In this document: piece by piece, positions 58,146 to 64,000 of the stretch
Position numbering within the stretch: position 1 is the stretch's first letter
Layout: each line of letters starts with the position of its first letter
Assembly: GCA_965645245.1 (NCBI GenBank)
Contig: OZ287087.1
Coordinates: 496,001 to 560,000 of the forward strand
DNA length: 64,000 bases
From: Massalongia carnosa
Taxonomy: Eukaryota
Direction: 5' to 3'
Program-made: the position numbers and the translations under genes
The notes under the pieces: model-generated
Database searches by the model: none
The model's input: the letters and a program-made list of their open reading frames with translations, nothing else
What the model was told of the DNA's origin: nothing

Positions 58146-60534
58146 ATAAGCAGTCACCTCCGTAGTAATTTCAACATTATGCCGTCAACTGTTTATTTAA
58201 CAGGTTATGAGACCCGGGTTTGTGCTTTGCGCCCCTCCGACGGCATCCTTCATGCATAGACTACGTACTATCATGTCGTATCAAGAAGATGATGAGGTGA
58301 AAGTTCAGACGTGGAAAGCGCGAAAACGAAGCGGAAACGACATCGAAAGGGATGAGAAACGAAGCGGAAACTAAGCGGAAACGTCATCGAAAGTGGTGTA
58401 CGTACGAAACGTGCTGAGGAGGACATCTACAACGGGCGGTGCCTCGAAGACTTCACATCTTGCATTACTGGTCAGATCAGCAAGGGGAGATAAAAGCCCT
58501 GCGATCAGGCCACCAACGTCAATGGTCTGCGGGAAAATGTCTCACAGAGACATCGAGAAAAGCCCTGCTCAGGCCATCAATAAAACACGTCCATAGTACT
58601 CTTCCCATCCACCCATACACTCACAAAAGCTACGTTTCGAGAGATGGTTATGGGTTTAATGAGGCTACAAAGCAGGACAACAAAAGACATAAGAAAGAAC
58701 TACGTGCTTAGGGAAAATGGAGTCAGAGGGAGCTAGATTCGTTCCGCAAGGGGAGCGAATCGGACACAGCTGGATGAATCACTTCGCAAGGGGAGTGATA
58801 AAAGCTGGATAGTCTCAATTTTGGAGGCGAAAGGGGAGCCACGCTCGAAGGGGAGTGTTGGAATACTCGCTTAGCCCCATTAGTTCTAGCTCAGCCCTGT
58901 AGGCTGCCATGACTGCTATGTATAAGCAGTCACCTCCGTAGTAATTTCAACATTATGCCGTCAACTGTTTATTTAACAATATCAAGGGCGAGTCTAGCCG
59001 TAGCCCATGCGCCGGCGAACCGACGGGGTCTCGTTACGAGCGAGATAGACATTCCCTGCTCTATATACACCGACATGCGCATACTGTCCTCTCGGGCTAT
59101 GCAGACGGTCTCCGTACGGTGGCCGCCATTGCATACCACGCCTCACGGGTTTTTTACGCCCACTTCCCGTTATTCATAAAGGTCTCCCGTTTATGAACCG
59201 ACCATGTCTCGCAGGGATTTCGACCACTATGCTCCTGACCAGGCAGTATAGTATCGATTTTCCGTCCCTACTAACCAAAACGAGTCGAGGACAACTCGGA
59301 GGGGTGCTCGTTTGAAATTCGTCTATTAGCTCAGGGCCTAGACTGTTATCAATTAACGGGTTCCTCGTACATTGCCCTCTTCTTGTCCCAAGGGTGTCCT
59401 ATTTGATGACTAGGTTGCCTCCACCATCCCCGGTACGACTCCGGTTCGGGCCGTGTTGCTCACGGTAGCCATCAATCGGATGGTTTTCATAACCCAAATC
59501 CCTTGTATCGTGTAGGGTGTGACCCTACACTATGTGTCTATATGTTTTATTTCTTTCAGCCGGAGGGCTCCGTGTTGTAGACGAAGGAGACCTGTGTGAT
59601 AGACATAGCTGACCCGTGTCGTACGTCTTTAGCTCTCAGCCGATGACTGCATGAAAGGACTTGAACCTTTAAGAGTATGACCGAACGTTGTTAACGAGGT
59701 CTATGAAAATCTTATTAACGAGGTCTTCGAGAACAATATTAACGAAGTTCCGCTGAACTCTTTTCATTCGTTTTGTGATCCATCGAGGTCTACCCGTGTC
59801 AAATCCACACCATGCCCGTGTCAAAATACATTATTTTCAGCTGATGACTGCTAGAAAGGACTTGAACCTCTAAAAATATGTACTCCGATATTATCGGGGT
59901 GCAGATCTGTCTTAACGAGCCCCCGCAGAACCCCCTTCACAGGGACGTGTTATTGATTTGTGACTGTGTTTTTTGTGACTGTGTGTTTTGTGACTGTGTG
60001 TTTTGTGACTGTGTGTTTGTGACTGTATGTTTGTGACTGTGTGCTTTGTGACTGTGTGCTTTGTGACTGTGTGCTTTGTACAACGTGTGATTGATGACTA
60101 TGTGTTTTGTGACTCTCTGTTTTCCTCGATTTTATTTAACAGGCCGGGCCTATTAAATGGGATATTGTTATTCTGCTCCGAGATGGAGTTTTCTTGAGGT
60201 GACAGCATTCGTCCCGGTGCCTTTACGCGTTCTGTTGATCCCAGCTGATGACTGCATGGGGAGACTTGAACTCTCAGGAGCTAGAACGCGTGTCGACTGT
60301 GCCCGGGTGGGGGATGATGCGGCTCCTTTGGTCCACATCTTCTTCCAGCTGATGACTGCATGAAGGGACTTGAACCCTTAGAAGCATGGTGCAGGGACGC
60401 GCGCATTCTACCCCCGGCGGTTGGCCTTCGTATCCTCTTCCGTACGTACGTCTGCGACGCGTGTGAACGCGTTAAATTAGCATTGTTTTGATGCGAAGAG
60501 ATAGGAGCCAATCTATATGTTTGACGGTCGCCCC

Positions 60535-63500
60535 TATGAAATATAAATTCACTTTGTAGGTATAGTAGCATGATTGTCATTGAAGGTAATTATCTATGTG
60601 GGCTATTTGTCTGCTTTATATACCAGTTACAAAACAGTCACATCTAGGAGGTCAGACCTTGTCCCCCTGACGGTCAGACCTTGTCTCCCATCTCTGCTTG
60701 TTTAGGCACTTTGCAAGGCACCTCCCGAGGCTCATGGATGCCCATGATGATGGTGGCCTCATCATCTAACATCCAACACTCCCATTCAGCCATCTTGAGG
60801 CTCTCCGGATATTTTTGCCTCTTTGGGTTTAGCCCATGCCAAGCATTGACTTAAAGTCCTCAAAGGGTTTAGCGGCCAGTGGCTTTGTAAGTCCATCTGC
60901 CACCATCTCTTTGGTTCTTTATTTTGAACACCCAGCAACCGGTGATCACCTTTCGATCAGTCGGTGCCCTTTCTAGTGTCCAAGTTTCATTCTCCACTAG
61001 CGATTTGATACTCGGTCTCCATGGCCTTTCTCCATTGATCCCAGTGGTGTGAGGACATAGCCTCTTTCAGTGTCAAAGGATCAGCGAGGCCCTTCATTGT
61101 CCTCGCCTCCTGCCAGGGTTGCTAGCACCCGCACCATGTGCTCATGGGATTTCGGGACCTGGTTTGAACTGAATACGGTGTTGATGCTGGGACGAATGTT
61201 CTCCAGTGCTCTTTGACTGGGGACCCTTATTCGTCCAGATCTTCGAGGTTCGATGGGTTGGCGAGGAATGTCCTCCACTTCATCGGAGTCACTCTCCCCC
61301 CCATTCTCCTCGTCGTTGTTGATGCTGGAACGGATGTTCTCCAGTGTTCTTTGACTGGGGACCCTTATTCGTCCAGATCTTCGAGGTTCGATGGGCTGGC
61401 GAGGAATGTCCTCCACTTCATCGGAGTCACTCTCCCCCCCATTCTCCTCGTCGGTGTTGATGCTGGGACGGATGTTCTCCAGTGTTCTTTGACTGGGGAC
61501 CCTTATTCGTCCAGATCTTCGAGGTTCGATGGGCTGGCGAGGAATGTCCTCTACTTCATCGGAGTCACTCCCCCCCCCATTCTCCTCTTCTCGGCCTCCC
61601 CCCGAAGCATTTACTCCCATTGGATGTAGCACTATCCGTGGTGCTGGTGGGGCCGTTTCATTTTGAAATTCCGAACTTCTCGATATTTCAGAGCTCGGAG
61701 TTTTCGGAGACAACGAAGATGGCGGATTATGACTTTTGTTTTCATCAACAAAATCATCTGGGTCATCAAACAAAGCATCATCGTCTCCCTCCCATGGAAT
61801 GTCGGCTAGGTCCCAGGCCTTTTTGTCCTTGGAATCATATATACTGCCTTCGTCGACGGTGATATCGCGACAAACATGGACTTTTCCAGTGAGAGGATCG
61901 TAAATTCGATACTGATTGTTTCCTTCATACCCAACAAATATCCCCTGCCAGGACCTGTCGTCCAGCTTCCTGCGCTTCTCTTTTGGGATATGTACCCACG
62001 TCCTTGCCCCGACCGTTCTCATGTGGCCGAGGAAGGGTTTCGCATTATTCATGCGTTCATATGGAGTGACCTCGTCAACCCCGGGACTTCTATTCTTGAT
62101 GTACCCGGCCGTCTTCAGGACCTCCCCCCAAAGGGACTTTGGGAGCTTTTTAGCCTTCATCATGGACCGAGTGGGGACCATGAGGGTATAATTTGCCTTT
62201 CGGCCTTCCCATTCTGTTCTGGCACATTTGGTGCCCGGGCCTCCCACTGGATACCTTCACTCTTTAGGAATTCCTGGAAGTCACCACTAGTGTACTCCTC
62301 TCCTCCATCAGCTCGGAGTCTCTTTATTTTCTTTCCCGATTGATTTTCTATCCATGTCTTGAACTGCTTAAAACATTCGAAGGTTTGACCCTTTGTTTTC
62401 AGCAGGTAGATCCACACTACCCCGGAGAAGTCGTCTTTCATCGTAGCATAAAAACGTTCACCGAACCTTGTCAGTGGAAATGGTCCCCCTAAGTCGCTAT
62501 GCACTATTCCGAGAAATTCTGTTGCTCGGGTTCGTGGAGTGCGATTTATTTTCCGCTGTTTTCTTCCCATCATGCATGAGCCGCATACTTCTTCCGGTAT
62601 GCGTCCTTCGATGGTGACTCCATTGGCTAAATGATTTAATTTTAGGAGGTTTGGGTAGCTGAGATGGCAGACTCGTTCGTGCCATGTTTGGATAGGGGCC
62701 TTTGTACCGTTTGTGGTGGTGAGGGCCCGTGCTTTGGTAGGGCTAATAGTGGTTGTCTGCAAAACATACTGATGATTTATTGTTTTGGCCAGTCCAACCA
62801 CCTTTCCTTTATGCACCAGTTGAGCGGGCTTGTCATCCGCCATCAGGTACGTTGATATGCCATTTTTGCCGAGTTTTATTGTGCTGATGAGGTTGAATTT
62901 TAGGTCGGGGGCGAAAAGGATGTTGGTCAAAATGAGGTCCGTTACACCTCCATTTCCATTGTCCAGTGATACGAGTAGAGAGCCTTTCCCCTCTGTCGAA
63001 AACACCTCTCCAGAACCTGTTTCTAAACAGCTATTTTCGCTCCGAAAGGTCCCTTCTTGAAAGAGATCTTTATTGCATATAATGTGCGCGGTGGCACCGG
63101 AGTCGATCAATAGATCGTGGGCATTCTTGGGGCCTCGGTACAGATTTGCCATACAAATAAGCGGTGTTTCCTGGGTTCTTTTCTCGGAACATTCCCTTAT
63201 TGTACAAACTATTTGGGGTTTCGAGGTTTCATTACCTCCTTTGTCTTCGCAAACGCGTTCCAGGTGGCCGGTCTTACCACATTTCCTACATGTGGCGTTG
63301 CTATGCCTGCATTTCCCGGAGTGATTATAACCACAATATTTACATTTGCTCCTACCCTCTTTAGTGGGGTTCTTATTCTTCTTTGCCTTCAGCATGTTAG
63401 CTTATGGCAACAGGGTCCTGGCGCATGCGAGCTTCTTGGTCCTCCAGGTTTTCAGTAGTCCATCCAGCACAGGGAATTTATCCTCCCGCCGAGCCTGTTC

Positions 63501-64000
63501 GTTCAGGATGGTCAGGTAGGTGCTGAATGAACTACCGAGTCCGATGAGAAGCTTGAGCTCCACTATTTGCTCGACAGAGAGGGAAATTTCGGTGATCTCA
63601 GCCTTGATATCTCTGACCAGGCTACCGTACTCCTCAATGGTCTTGCACTTTTCATAACTAATCTCCTCTAGCCGGTTGAAGGTGCTCCATTTAGCACTCC
63701 AGTTCTTCAATGTATAACGGGTCTTCAAATGCTCCCAGAGGTTCTTGGGATTCCAGATCTCACCGTTGGCTAGGTCCCTCATCGACAACAATTCTTGCTG
63801 CACGCCGTCCGTGCACATCTTGCCTATCTTTCCTACTACTCTTCTTTGCTTTTCCTCGAACTCCAGTCGTTCGGGGTCCCGTTGATCCCGCTTATCGAGC
63901 TGATCCGGTGTCTCTTCCAGAGACTTCGTCATCATCAGAACTCTTTGATGGAAAGGGAATCTCTCGAGGTATTTTCCGGGCCTGCAGGGCGAAGGCCATG
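60535..64000 (-). mobile_element. Degenerate Copia element D (relative of B), continues beyond the window
   Basis: 3' LTR 60535-60778, PPT tgaatgggag, frameshifted gag/PR/IN, most of RT deleted near 60915. Confidence 0.9.
61177..61590 (-). repeat. Three 138-bp (46-aa) in-frame tandem repeats in the Copia D integrase-RT linker
   Basis: DSDEVEDIPRQPIEPRRSGRIRVPSQRTLENIRPSIN repeated three times. Confidence 0.92.

Larger units (their letters stand above)
52243..58978 (+). mobile_element. TRIM-like non-autonomous Copia element X
   Basis: ~120-bp LTRs (5' LTR split by C2; 3' LTR ~58856-58978), PBS-like ggttatgagacccgg, PPT gaaggggag, ~650-bp non-coding interior. Confidence 0.85.
52089..60534 (-). 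ncRNA. Copy C of the ncRNA-like segment (52089-52242 + 58979-60534), split by TRIM X and cut by Copia D
   Basis: Near-identical to 5777-~7496 with the same LINE junction (segmental duplicate of A). Confidence 0.5.

Overview
Fungal (filamentous ascomycete-like, intron-containing) genomic region, almost entirely nested transposable elements around a small putative immune locus. Three tandem copies of a spliced gene fuse an apparently active Ser/Thr kinase to near-identical 126-bp WD40 repeats that are hypervariable at a few codons, as in HNWD/het-e, but with no NACHT domain. Copy 1 (1-3063) has 7+7 repeats plus a broken tail, copy 2 (18397-20278) is frameshifted with 4 repeats, and copy 3 (46542-48811) is intact with 7. 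Copy 3 lies head-to-head, 555 bp apart, with an intact gene for a HeLo-like N-terminal domain plus an HKN/GFE pseudokinase, i.e. an MLKL-like protein. The pair suggests a 'variable WD40 sensor-kinase -> MLKL-like executioner' necroptosis-type system (inference). A second notable item is a ~2 kb non-coding, structured sequence with four T-arm-like modules, retrocopied twice independently as a chimera with two different Tad1-like LINE 3' ends (MINE/WEIRD-like). The rest comprises a chromovirus Gypsy, several Copia elements, a TRIM, solo LTRs, MULE, piggyBac, a Clr5/integrase-core TIR element and a foldback element. Region 1-~7490 is a segmental duplicate of ~46808-60534.
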